Of a DNA stretch of 64,000 bases, positions 13,641-25,989 are shown one piece after another. Under the pieces are notes generated by a model. It searched no databases, was not told the DNA's origin, and saw only the letters and a program-made list of their open reading frames with translations. This DNA is from Harriotta raleighana (taxonomy: Eukaryota): assembly GCA_050575255.1 (NCBI GenBank), contig JBNZDD010013686.1, positions 5,173,794-5,237,793 on the forward strand. Direction: 5' to 3'. A program made the translations under genes and the position numbers. Numbering within the stretch: the first letter of the stretch is position 1; every line of letters begins with the position of its first letter.

Positions 13641-14883
13641 AGAAACTGTCTGACACAATTTGTTTCCCCAAAGAGTGCCTCCAAATATTAAATACCCACA
13701 AATTGATGTAAAGTGAAGTCAATTTTACCTTCTGTTAGATTGAAGGATTTTTTAAAAAACAAACAGGTTCATGAGTTGTATCAACTCCTCTATCATGGTG
13801 CTTCAGGCTCAATTTCAGGGCAAATTATAATCTTGAATAATTGATGTGCAACTCCTTTTATGCCTTTGAAATATCTTTTTATATCCGGAGAATAACAGCT
13901 CCTTAGAAAAGCAAAGTAGAAAGCAACACGACACAAATATTTTTGTAGCCTAATAACATCTGTTTTTTTTATTTTGGTGCGTAAAATCAATTTGAATACC
14001 AATTCATTCTGAATACATCAGCAATTTGTATGGATTGCAGAAAGCACATTTCACATTTCAGCATGTTCCAGGATATGGATATCAGTGCTACATAGTTGTA
14101 GGCTGTTTGTGTGGCTTGTCAGTACAAATTATTCAAGTGAACTATTGGAACATTTTATGACATAAGGGCAGATTCCATTAGGACACTGTATCGCCTCGCG
14201 ACAGATGCTATAACGGGACACATTAAGTAGCCCATGGATGACCTTTCTGGGAGTAACATAATATTTCTACATCAGACATTATAATAATAAAAAATCAACA
14301 CTGCAGCTGTGCTACAAAGAACACTATTCAACAACAACAATTCAATCAGTTGAGGCACTGCAAGCAAATGCTGACAGACTTCCTAATTCTAATCAAATTC
14401 CTAGCATAGCTTTGTAATAAATGCCATTTCAGCTATTCCAAAGATTTTGTTTCGTTGACAATAAGCAGTTGAGCTTCGTGGCAGGCATGTGATTAAATGC
14501 ACTGACTGCAATTGCTGTGAAGTGATTTTTCCCAATGTTGTTAGCTAAAATGGCTAAGATGTGTCATCCAGTGTTCAGGCAAACAATTCTCCACATACTT
14601 GCCACGCGTTTGTTTTAAATTCCAGATGCAGCATTGGGAAAATATCACATCCCTTACAAGTGCATTAAACATTGCTCAATAAATGTAATTTAAGTCAAGC
14701 TTCTGTACTTGGCTCAATACAGCGAATTAGTCCAAACTGGAGTCACCAGAACATGCTGCTCATCAAATTCTACAATGTGTGTGTGTTTTTTTAAATCAAG
14801 ACAGAATAATCTTTAAAAAATCAACACATTGAATAATGCTCCATACTATACTCCAGAATGTCTTTCTACTATACCAGCCTTAC

Positions 14884-14994
14884 TTTGCAAGTAATTTCCA
14901 GTCCATAAGAATTTTCACCTCTGCTCGACTGACCACCGATCTTTTCAACACGACTGATCACTCCAAGAGGGACATCAAGTGTCATCGTAGGATC
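14884..14994 (-). CDS. MTM1: Myotubularin coding exon (exon 5 equivalent, PH-GRAM)
   Basis: 111 nt, cag/gtaagg; [37 protein letters not shown]. Confidence 0.95.
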
Positions 14995-17900
14995 CTGCAT
15001 ATATATTTTTAAAAATCAGTTCATTTATACAGCTCCAATATTTGCCGCAAGTTATTATTGGTGTATGAAAACAAAGAGATGACATTAGTGCTAAGGCTGC
15101 CACTGGGATCTTCTCATCTTCCCAAGCTGACTCTCTTTGACTAAATGGAAGTCAGAAAGTTAATAACCAGTAGGTCAATCTCTGGTATAATTTTTGGTGA
15201 CATTATTTGTTTTATTGTTGCTATGGGTCACTGGATAACATTCAAAAATTGAATTCTGGTTGATTATTTTCCTTCACAGCTACAAGCTGGCTATGTCTAA
15301 CTGTACAGTTCCTCTTTGCATTCTGGATGAGAAAAGCTAACTCAGGGATCAAACTCGTGACCCTTCAGGTCAGTACGCTTCAATTTTACTCTAATCAATG
15401 GCTTTACAGATTAAGCAGTGTGTTTTCATACACCAAACAAGAGTCAAAGCCAAAGTCATACATTCACTCACATCCCATGTGAAAAAAAAGGCTTGTTTCC
15501 ATGCTGATTATTATCCAAAGTGTGTACTTGTGGAGTCTGGTGAGAACCTGGCTGTAGAGCCTTCATGATCAAATTACCTTCCAACACTCACAATCTCTCA
15601 CATGAATAATGACAATTGAGTGAGATTATGGTCGACATCAATGCAACCATACCTCAGGACAAATCAACAACTATAGAAGAGGTAAAATAAAATAGGTAAT
15701 AAATCAAGTTCAATGGCAGAAAATCAGAGGCATCCTTCTATGTGGAGTCCTTTCCTGGTTAATGTCATTGCCAGATTTTTTTCTATTTACTCAGAGACAT
15801 TGAAGTACAGACTTAATCATTATTTCCAATGAAGAGTTGTTAGGAATATGCACTTTGGCCTACGAATGCCCTGGACATATCCACTAGCACCCCAACACAA
15901 ATTCCCCTGGGTGTTTTGCTGTCAGAATCCACCAGGGTCATTTCACAATATATCTGTCCTCGTTGTAGCTACCACCATCTGTACTCTCTCATTAAGCTTG
16001 GAGTGTATTATAATGCTGAAAACCCAAGGGTTCAAATAACATCACAAAGCAACATTCAACTGATAAATAAATTTAGCTGATTCAAGTTTCTATTACAATA
16101 AAAGTCCAAGGTAATTATCAATAACAAGTACAACCTCCCATTTTACTATACAGACTGTTTGTTTCTGCTACAATCACCAAGCTTTATTATTCAGGTTTGC
16201 TCACAGTTGGACATCATCATGTCTGACAAGACAGGAAAACCAGATTAGACTCTTTTTTTTTAAAAAAAGCAGATTACTGCGACATTCACTACATTAGAGG
16301 TGATCGATACCACCAACATAACTAAATGAAAGCAGTGAATAAATATTCCGACATTAAAATTATATGAAATGTATTAAAGAATTTCCAATGGATACAGCTA
16401 TGCCTTTTGTACTTTGGCAATTCAAATGTAATCTAGGAGAACACAACAAGCCAGATGTCTCCCTTCCAGCATACATCATGTTCTTTCAATGTCAAATATC
16501 AAGGGAAATATGACTGCTCCAGAAATTCATGAGGGTAAATTAATTCATGAAGATAAGGGAGGGGGAAGATGCAGAGTGTGTTTCTCATCATCAAATTACC
16601 TTTATTAAAAGTTACTAGCAATTACGCTGGATACAGACCATCTCACGGAGAACCTACTTTTTCTTTTTAAAGAGCTGACTCTTCCAGGAACATCCATGAA
16701 CATCCATGTCGAAAAGAAAAACGTATGGATACAAACAAGATACCAAAATCTCTTCAATGGAGGTTTCAAAATTATAATTGATAAGGACACTAGGTGTAGG
16801 TCTGACCACACAATCAGTTGAAATTCCTTCAGAAATTAGCTTGTTGAAAACAAAGTTAAATTGGATATCCCTGTAATTGGAACTGATGACCCTTACAAGA
16901 TTGCTAGAAGTAACCGAGGCATACAAGGGAATGATACTCGTGCTTTACAAATATTGTGGTAAAAATATTGTACAGCGTTCTGTGCATTGCCTCAGGAATG
17001 TCTTTTTTTAATGCAATTACCTATTAAAAATTGTGCACCCCAAAGGCACTGCACAGAACGCTGATCTGAATTTTTTTAAAAAAACAACTGTAGCATATCT
17101 TAACCACACACTGTTAAATAGGCTTTAACTAATGCACGTTAAATGCTGGTCAAATATTGTGGGATTTGTTTCTGCAATATTAACAAAACAGCTGAATTCC
17201 TCATAGGTTTTCCTTCTTAATTGTGAATACAATTATTCTATGATACGAGAATTCTGGTGGTGAAAATTTTGCAGATGATTTACAGTAAAAAGGATCTTCA
17301 CATTATAATGGGGAAAAATAATACAACTTGTGAGTAACACTCGTTAATGAATCAAAATGATTCTTACGGACATAGCATTTGTTTTAATCATTAATTTGAT
17401 TATTAATTTGAACATTCCAGAACAAGTACTCGACAAAAGAACAAGTTTAAACATTTACAAAACACCACATAATCTCAAAATGGTCCAAGTTTACAGATGA
17501 ACACTGTATTTGCAGGATACAGATCACTGCCGTTCAAACCCCAGCAACATCATACTGAACAAACTTGCAACTTTGTCTAAATTATGAACACAATAATTCC
17601 TGTCCATTTGCAAACCTTTCTTCGGAACACTCACGTAACAAACCTTATTCGCAACAGCATATTGCACTTCTCCAAATATAAATGTTTCTTGCACTGACTA
17701 AAAACCTTTTCACGTAACCAAAGCCTTATACTGTAGTAACATTTTGTTTAACATCCATAATCACTTATTTACACATTAAAAGCTATCTAAATCTATATTT
17801 AAAAATATGACAGCCACATTTCCCATGGGTCTGTCATTATTGGTGCAGATTTAATTTTCAACAACTAATTGATGAATTGCTCTCAATTCCTCAGTGGACC

Positions 17901-18047
17901 CAAGATATCTCAGCAGTATTACAACAGAACAAAGAAGTCTGATTCAATGCCACCATTAACCAATTATATGAAAAATGACATTTTAGAATAAGCATTTTCA
18001 TGAGAGAATACTTGTTTTTGAAAAAAAAAATAGTAATCAGTCCTTAC

Positions 18048-18142
18048 CAGTTCTATACTTCTAAAGAAAAGTCTGTAGTTTGTAATGTACACCATTCCTT
18101 TTATAGGTCCATTGAAATGACAAATGTAGATCACATCTTTTT
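18048..18142 (-). CDS. MTM1: Myotubularin coding exon (exon 4 equivalent, PH-GRAM)
   Basis: 95 nt, phase 1 to 0, cag/gtaagg; (E)[31 protein letters not shown]. Confidence 0.95.
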
Positions 18143-18422
18143 CTGTGAAGGAGTAGTGGGGAGAAAAGAAAAATCATCACACTAGGTTACAACAAGCCAT
18201 CCTTCGCAAAACTGGTATAACATTTCTTATGCATCGTTATAATTTACAATAATATATTTTGAAAATAAGACATCTTCAAACAATACACAAACTGGTTTTA
18301 TTCAGATACAAAAATCTTTAAGAGAAGAAACATTTAAGTATTACTATTACCTTGGCAAATGGCATTATTTACAAACAACATACAATAGAATAACTTTAAA
18401 ATGACAACATAGTCTTATCTAC

Positions 18423-18477
18423 CTATACTTTTGATATCTTCTCCTTCTAATAGCGGTACTTCTTCTGTTTGATGTGC
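18423..18477 (-). CDS. MTM1: Myotubularin coding exon (exon 3 equivalent)
   Basis: 55 nt, phase 0 to 1, ttttcag/gtagat; AHQTEEVPLLEGEDIKSI(E), resembles the EAVPRLPGE segment of MTM1; phases match both neighbours. Confidence 0.88.
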
Positions 18478-18831
18478 CTGAAAATAAGATAAATCTTAAT
18501 TAATAAATTTCTTCCATTAATAAATCCCAAATTTAATGGTATTGGATTGTCCAAACCAATCACTAATTTCATTAGTCCATGAGCTCTACTGAAGCTATCA
18601 GTTGATTGGTAACTTGCAAAATAATAAAAAAAATTGTAAAATTATTTAAAGGAAGTGGTCTCTCGAACATTCGCACAAGTCTGGGTCCGATCGATAGTGT
18701 GTTTCCAGGTTTTTCTTGATTGAATACTTCTTGAAAATGTATTTTGTTGGCCAATTGAATAGGATACAGGACTACTTTGTCTTACACATTGGAAGACAAT
18801 TGGAAATTAAATGTTACTCACAATACAGTAC

Positions 18832-18897
18832 CTTTCTATTTGTTGCTTTGGTAAGTGTAGAATTGGAATTTGTCGTTGGAGAGGATGCTGAAGCCAT
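18832..18897 (-). CDS. MTM1: Myotubularin first coding exon (exon 2 equivalent); exon begins at ~18930 with 33 nt of 5'UTR
   Basis: ATG at 18897, MASASSPTTNSNSTLTKATNRK (MASAS start as in MTM1); in-frame TAA two codons upstream; donor AAG/gtactg; acceptor ttttattgtag. Confidence 0.88.
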
Positions 18898-21800
18898 ATT
18901 TTACTTGGATCTTCTAGGTGAAGTAGTCTGCTACAATAAAATAAATGTAATTTATTGTATTTTTTATTGTTACAACAATTTTCTGAGTTTTTCAGATAGC
19001 TCTCTTATGAAATGAATCTTTAGTACTTTCCAAGGCTATTCTCAAAAGCACTTAACTGTAAAGTTAATTGACTGTACATTTGTGGCCAAAACTCGGCAGC
19101 CANTAGATATTTCTCAATAGTTGCATAACTGTGCATTTGTATTTGTCCACAATAATGGTTCCATAAATAATTATAATGTGCTGCATAAATCAGAAGTAAT
19201 AATCCTTGCATTTGCCTCTTCTAGATGTCTCAAAAGCACTTAACTGTAAAGTTAATTGACTGTACATTTGTGGCCAAAACTCGGCAGCCAATTGCTGTAT
19301 TACTATACAATTACTATAGTATAAAACAATTATAAGTAACTACAATTGTGAGTAAATAACAACTATAGCTTGTTATTTCCCTTTGAGGTCTCCAAGCAGC
19401 TCATACTTTTACAAGTATAACACAAAACTGAGGCATAACATTTTATGTCAAATTTGTTTATACAATACATGCTGGAATATTCTAGAAATAACTGATGGAA
19501 AATTCTACATACGTAATAAATAATTATAACTGTTGGACCTTCTTATATTTCAATGATTGGACTTTCAAAACAATAAGTTGGCTATTGGGCATATCCACCA
19601 CGATGAACAAGGATGTTCAAAAGGAACTTTCAAAATTTCTGGAAATAAGGGTTCAGGGTTAAGGTGATGTAACAGATGTATCATATATATTTTTGGAAGA
19701 TGGATGAGCAGCTAGATGGACCATGGCCGACTCTTACAGCATGACAATATTGTTTTCACCAAAAGATTGTGAAGCCAAAGCTGCTGATATATATACTGTA
19801 TACATATATTTTTGTGTGTGTGAACAATATGACTTGGTGCTCTTTGTCCAAGATTTGTTGATTTACTTGATGGAATGGAGAAGTTTTGGGATAATCTCTA
19901 AAAAACAAACCAAGAAAATTAATGAATCATGGTCATAGAACACCAAGCAGCTATAATGACTGAACAGCTTTACACATCCAATTGCTAAAATTATCTTTTT
20001 TATACAGTTACAGGTATTTCATCCTTAATGCTAGAACATCCAAGTTACACATTGGACCGTAATTAGCAAGTGTCAAACAAGGAATTCTTGCGTAGCTCAA
20101 ATAATGATAGATGCAATTGTAAATCCAGCTAGTAGTCACTGTTTTGGTAACGGGATATGTTAAAACTTTCTCCAACCCATGTCATTAATTCAGTGTAAGT
20201 AAATAAAAATGTAGCAAGAATAAACACTTCAGCTAATAATGTTCTACAAGTATTCAAAAGAAAAGTACAGACAACATAATTCTGGCATGCATAAAAAATC
20301 CTGCATTTAAAGTAATTGTAAAATTCATTGATTTTGTTTTAATCATTCATTGATTAATGCAGGTGACAGTGACTATGAAAGTGAAAAGATGTATTCAACA
20401 CACTTCTCTAATTTGAGTCTGAGTGAATTGTTAACTAACTTTAGAGAAGTCACAAAGAACAAACAATGTTATTTCCTTAAAACCTACAATTCTAGAATTT
20501 GAGTTTATAGTAGCAAACTGAACTGTTAAAAAAATTGAACAGTTTATACTGACTATTGTAGATTGGATTTAAACACATTTTACTCAGCTAGATTCATTAA
20601 TGATCTAACCCCCAACCCAATGCTGTGTTCAATCATTAAATTGTAACTATCTGGTAACTATCCCAGGTAACTATCTGACCACATAAATCAGCAATAACTA
20701 TTTACGTGAAACTAGTACATTTGTACATGAAAACCAAGGGTAAGTCCCTTTCGAAACCAGTGACTGGTCTTTCACAAACCAGTTTACAATTTAACAAAAT
20801 TACTATTGTACTTACCAAAGCGAAAAATAAAGCCTCATTTCTATCCATGGACTGTAAACAAATGCTGCGAGTAAATCTCACACTTTCTAAATAGCACACG
20901 CTTGCAAATGATTATCTGGAAATACCCAAACCCAAATAAACTTGAGATAATATTCCAAAGTGTTGAAAGGCCCGCCTATCTACCCAGTCCATCTATGCAA
21001 ATTGTGCCTTTCTTCATTTATTTTTGGAGTAGCATTCCAGTGATAACTGTAGCTCTGCAATATCTTACCAAATGTGTCATTCTTCATGCTCAAGGCTAGA
21101 CAACAAGCATCAGCAAGGCCAATCAACAACAAATTTGGGAGGTATCAAGCTGACCTTAATTCTGCCACCACAAATGCAGTTGCCAGTAGAACACATTGGA
21201 TGGCAATCAGTTTAGCTAGTCGCTTCTCCACCCAATCCAAGATCTGACGCTAAATGTATCAAATTTGTGGTCCATAGTCCAGTATCAAATATACAATGTA
21301 TTTACATAAATGAAAATAATTTATGTTTAACAATGCAAGATTAAAAAAGTATTATGATTCCAATGCTGGTAAAAGTTTTAAACGTGTTTACTTAAATCTA
21401 AACAAAGCAATCAGAAAATAGGCTGGTGAAACAGGCATGGAAACCAAATATTTATTTACCTAGCGAAACTACTTTGATACTTAAATCTAAAATATATTTT
21501 GAACTGATTAACATAAACTGTGCTGCATTCACATTCTTGACTTCATGTTGCTGCAACATTTTAATGCAAATTACATGCTTACAATTAACTGAATTAATCA
21601 TCTAATAATGGTTTCAGGTCAAAAGGAACACTCAACAAGATGCTACATAGGGTTGCAGCATAGTACAGAATCAAATTATGCAAATTTGAAAAATATAAAG
21701 CAAGGATATACAACAAAGTATTGGACAAAAGATCAATTGATAAAGATGAACGCTATACAACCTACATTTCAAATCCAAATATAATTTCAGTTTTGTTACT

Positions 21801-23510
21801 GTTGTTATATTAGTTTAGTGAATTATTGCTGTTATCATGACAGAAAACCAAGTATTAAATATATAGTTAGATACCCTAAAATGAATCATAAAAATAAAAA
21901 AATTCTGAGAATATTCAGCAATGTAATCCACAATAAACATGTATTAAAATCAAATTCCAAAACACAAAAGATAAACAAAATTACTAACGTAAATTAGGCA
22001 GCATAGGGGAAGCGAAGCCTGTGATCCTAAGGCCATTTTCTGAACAAGCATTCTTGCACTAATAATAATGTCCATCATTCTAAATTTGCAGCTGTTTTTA
22101 CTGCTCTTGGAATAATTCACTACCCTGAAGTAAAACCTTTTTTTTAATAACTTGAAGTGTGCAAAAAGCATAGATTAAAAAAATGCAAAGTCACATGAAT
22201 CAATAATAGCGTGTGGTCTCACAATATAACTCATTGCGAAATGTTTCAATTTTTCCCAGTTTCATCCACAAAACCATGGAAAGAATAAAAGTTTGCACCT
22301 GCAACAAATACACTAGACCAGCGGAGTCCTAAGCAGCCTAAAGCAGAAATTGAGCACTACAATGATTTCAACCTTCACTCCCCTGCCCTCTCCCCAAATG
22401 GTTGAATAATTAACGGCATTTACAATTAAATTCAATCGCTTGAATAATAAACACTTGGAGAAAATATGTTGGTTAGTTGATTAGTGCTGGAAGCATGAAA
22501 CATGGACAAAGTATGGGGATGGGAAGTCAAATGTCTTCAGGAGAGTAGGAAAATATGGCATAATAATACTATATACTCTTTTGTTAATAAGTGTAATGAC
22601 AAGAATTGAGACACTGTGATCAATGATCTATAACCTACATGTCGGTGTCACTCCCAGTTTGAACCAAGTGTTTTCTAAACAGAAACAAATAACTCCAAGG
22701 AAATTTAATTACATTTTGACAGTTAAAATGGATTTAAATTAAAGTGGCACGACCAAACTTTTTCTGTTGCTTATATTAAGGATTACTTAATATAAGCAAC
22801 ATAATAATAAAATACTTATACTGTGCAGTAATATGTAAAATAATCCTTATTTAAAATAAAGATTAAATGTTGTGCACAATTAGCTGCTGGGTTTTGCCAA
22901 CAAATATACAGTCATTTCACTTTACAGTATATTCTGTGAAGCACTTTGAGACTTGAAAAGTGCTATGTCAAATGCAAGTATTACAACTTTGAAAAGAGAT
23001 AAAACTTGTTGGAACATGCAAGTAAGCACAAGCTAACATATCATTTACATTACGAAAAGAACATTAACACCACACCCTGACCAGTGATCAAGCCTTAGGT
23101 TATTGGCATTCAGACCTCATTCTTATTTTACAATATAGTATTCTGTGCATTGCACGTATTACATGTAACATCATAATGCCATGAATAGAAACCATTTTTG
23201 CTCTATCACATATTTTCATACTTAACTTTATTGGACAACTAGCAAACTCTTCACTGAGCTCTTTCCTATCCCCATTCAAACTAAGAGGAAATAAAGCACA
23301 CCTCTGTTTCCTGTACCATAAATAGGTGAATAGTGAATTGGATCAGAAAAATCTATTACAGCATAAAGAGTCTTTTTTTTATTCACACTAGACAATAAAA
23401 AACCACAGTGAGGGTGAAAAAATAAAATGTTTAGTTCTTTAGCATGAGTTCTGAGAATTCTTTGCTTAAAATAGGCCAGCTGAGGCTTAAATCATGCAAA
23501 GAGCATAAGG

Positions 23511-25074
23511 GGTGGGGGGGGGGGGAGAGGGCATGGGGGNNNNNNNNNNNNNNNNNNNNNNNNNNNNNNNNNNNNNNNNNNNNNNNNNNNNNNNNNNNNN
23601 NNNNNNNNNNNNNNNNNNNNNNNNNNNNNNNNNNNNNNNNNNNNNNNNNNNNNNNNNNNNNNNNNNNNNNNNNNNNNNNNNNNNGGGGGGGGGAAGAGGA
23701 AGGGCGGGGGGAGAAGAGGAAGGGCGGGGGGGAGAAGAGGAAGGCGGGGGGGAGAGAGGAGGAGGGATTGGGGGTGAGAAGAGGAGGGGTGGGGGGTTGA
23801 AGAGGAGGAAGAGTGTGGGGGAGAAGAGGAGGAAGAGTGGGGGGAGAGGAGGAAGGGGGTAAGAGAGGGGGTGGGGGGAGAGAGGAGAGGATTCGGGGGA
23901 GAAGAGGAGGAGGTAAGAGAGGGGGTGGGGTAAGACAGGGGAAGGGTGGGGAGAGAAGAGAGAGGCGGGGGGAGAAGAGAGAGATGGAGTGGGGGGAGAG
24001 AGGAGGGGGGAGAGGGGTGGGGGGGGGGGGGGGGGGNNNNNNNNNNNNNNNNNNNNNNNNNNNNNNNNNNNNNNNNNNNNNNNNNNNNNNNNNNNNNNNN
24101 NNNNNNNNNNNNNNNNNNNNNNNNNNNNNNNNNNNNNNNNNNNNNNNNNNNNNNNNNNNNNNNNNNNNNNNNNNNNNNNNNNNNNNNNNNNNNNNNNNNN
24201 NNNNNNNNNNNNNNNNNNNNNNNNNNNNNNNNNNNNNNNNNNNNNNNNNNNNNNNNNNNNNNNNNNNNNNNNNNNNNNNNNNNNNNNNNNNNNNNNNNNN
24301 NNNNNNNNNNNNNNNNNNNNNNNNNNNNNNNNNNNNNNNNNNNNNNNNNNNNNNNNNNNNNNNNNNNNNNNNNNNNNNNNNNNNNNNNNNNNNNNNNNNN
24401 NNNNNNNNNNNNNNNNNNNNNNNNNNNNNNNNNNNNNNNNNNNNNNNNNNNNNNNNNNNNNNNNNNNNNNNNNNNNNNNNNNNNNNNNNNNNNNNNNNNN
24501 NNNNNNNNNNNNNNNNNNNNNNNNNNNNNNNNNNNNNNNNNNNNNNNNNNNNNNNNNNNNNNNNNNNNNNNNNNNNNNNNNNNNNNNNNNNNNNNNNNNN
24601 NNNNNNNNNNNNNNNNNNNNNNNNNNNNNNNNNNNNNNNNNNNNNNNNNNNNNNNNNNNNNNNNNNNNNNNNNNNNNNNNNNNNNNNNNNNNNNNNNNNN
24701 NNNNNNNNNNNNNNNNNNNNNNNNNNNNNNNNNNNNNNNNNNNNNNNNNNNNNNNNNNNNNNNNNNNNNNNNNNNNNNNNNNNNNNNNNNNNNNNNNNNN
24801 NNNNNNNNNNNNNNNNNNNNNNNNNNNNNNNNNNNNNNNNNNNNNNNNNNNNNNNNNNNNNNNNNNNNNNNNGGGGGGAGAGAGATAGGTGGAGAAGAGG
24901 AGGTGGAGGGGAGTTAGAGAGGGGTAGGGGAGAAGAGGAGGGATGGGGGGGGGAAGAGGAAGGGCGGGGGGNNNNNNNNNNNNNNNNNNNNNNNNNNNNN
25001 NNNNNNNNNNNNNNNNNNNNNNNNNNNNNNNNNNNNNNNNNNNNNNNNNNNNNNNNNNNNNNNNNNNNNNNNNN

Positions 25075-25167
<93 letters not shown>

Positions 25168-25350
25168 GAGAAAAGAAGAGAGGGGAGAAGAGCTGGGGGA
25201 GAAAGAGCAACTTTCCACCGGAGCTTGAATGGCTCCCGAGGTAATGAAACGGTCCTCTCGACCCGCCCTGACTAGAAACTGCTGGTAACTTTGACACCTG
25301 CCCAAATACCAGGGGAGGGAGGGAGGAGGAGGAGGAGGAGGGGGTGAGGA
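23511..25350 (+). repeat. G-rich polypurine low-complexity tract with three assembly gaps
   Basis: Degenerate GGGGAGAAGAGGA units, long N runs and ~90 nt of poly-G. Confidence 0.9.
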
Positions 25351-25800
25351 GAGAAGCAGGCCTCACCGTGACACTATAACAACTTCACCAACACCGGAGC
25401 CGCCGCCCGTCCCGTTAAGTTAACGACCGGGCAACAGCGCACAACCAAACATGAATCTAAACAAGTGTCGTGAAAGGAGGACCGGGAGGGCGGAACTCAG
25501 CTGCTGTTGAGGAGATTAAAGAGACGGTACTTACGCCTCGGCGTCCCGCAGGCCCGGTACCTCCCTCCTCCGCCTGTTGCTGTCCCGCCGCCTCCTCCTC
25601 ACGTGACCCTCCCACGCGCATAAACAACGGTAGGCCGTCATCCGCCCAGCGCGAAGGCACGCACGACCTGCTACGTAATCACACGACAATGAGGTCCCAC
25701 GCACGACGTCGTACGTGACGCACGCACGACGTAATGAGTGGCCTCACGCACGACGTAGTGTGTTGTCCCCGCGAGGAACCCTGGGGGATGTAGTCCTGTT
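25230..25800. promoter_or_regulatory. CpG-island-like MTM1 promoter
   Basis: Most GC- and CpG-dense tract of the window, upstream of the first coding exon; GC boxes (CCGCCC/GGGCGG) and an E-box TCACGTGAC at 25599-25607. Confidence 0.8.
25535..25600 (-). other. MTM1: Candidate non-coding first exon of MTM1 (5' end uncertain)
   Basis: GC-rich stretch ending in donor GGC/gtaagt (intron starts at 25534) inside the CpG-rich region; MTM1 has a non-coding exon 1 in mammals. Confidence 0.55.
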
Positions 25801-25989
25801 CCGTCAGCAAGAGCTGTGAGCAGCAAAGCAAGGGGGTGGACAGGCAGCAAATTAAGGAGGTCATTCATCCCATCCAGCCTATTCCACATAGTTGACTGGG
25901 TCAGATTATTACCAGATCCTTTCATCCCGTCTCGATCACCTTTCCACCTCTGGATACACATTTTACATTTGTAATGCATGTCGACATTG

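Noticed and set aside
23431-25366. Long poly-Pro/poly-Gly ORFs (up to 624 aa)
   Set aside because: They are open only because of N runs and G-rich low complexity; the ~90-nt poly-G beside a gap is a likely sequencing artefact.
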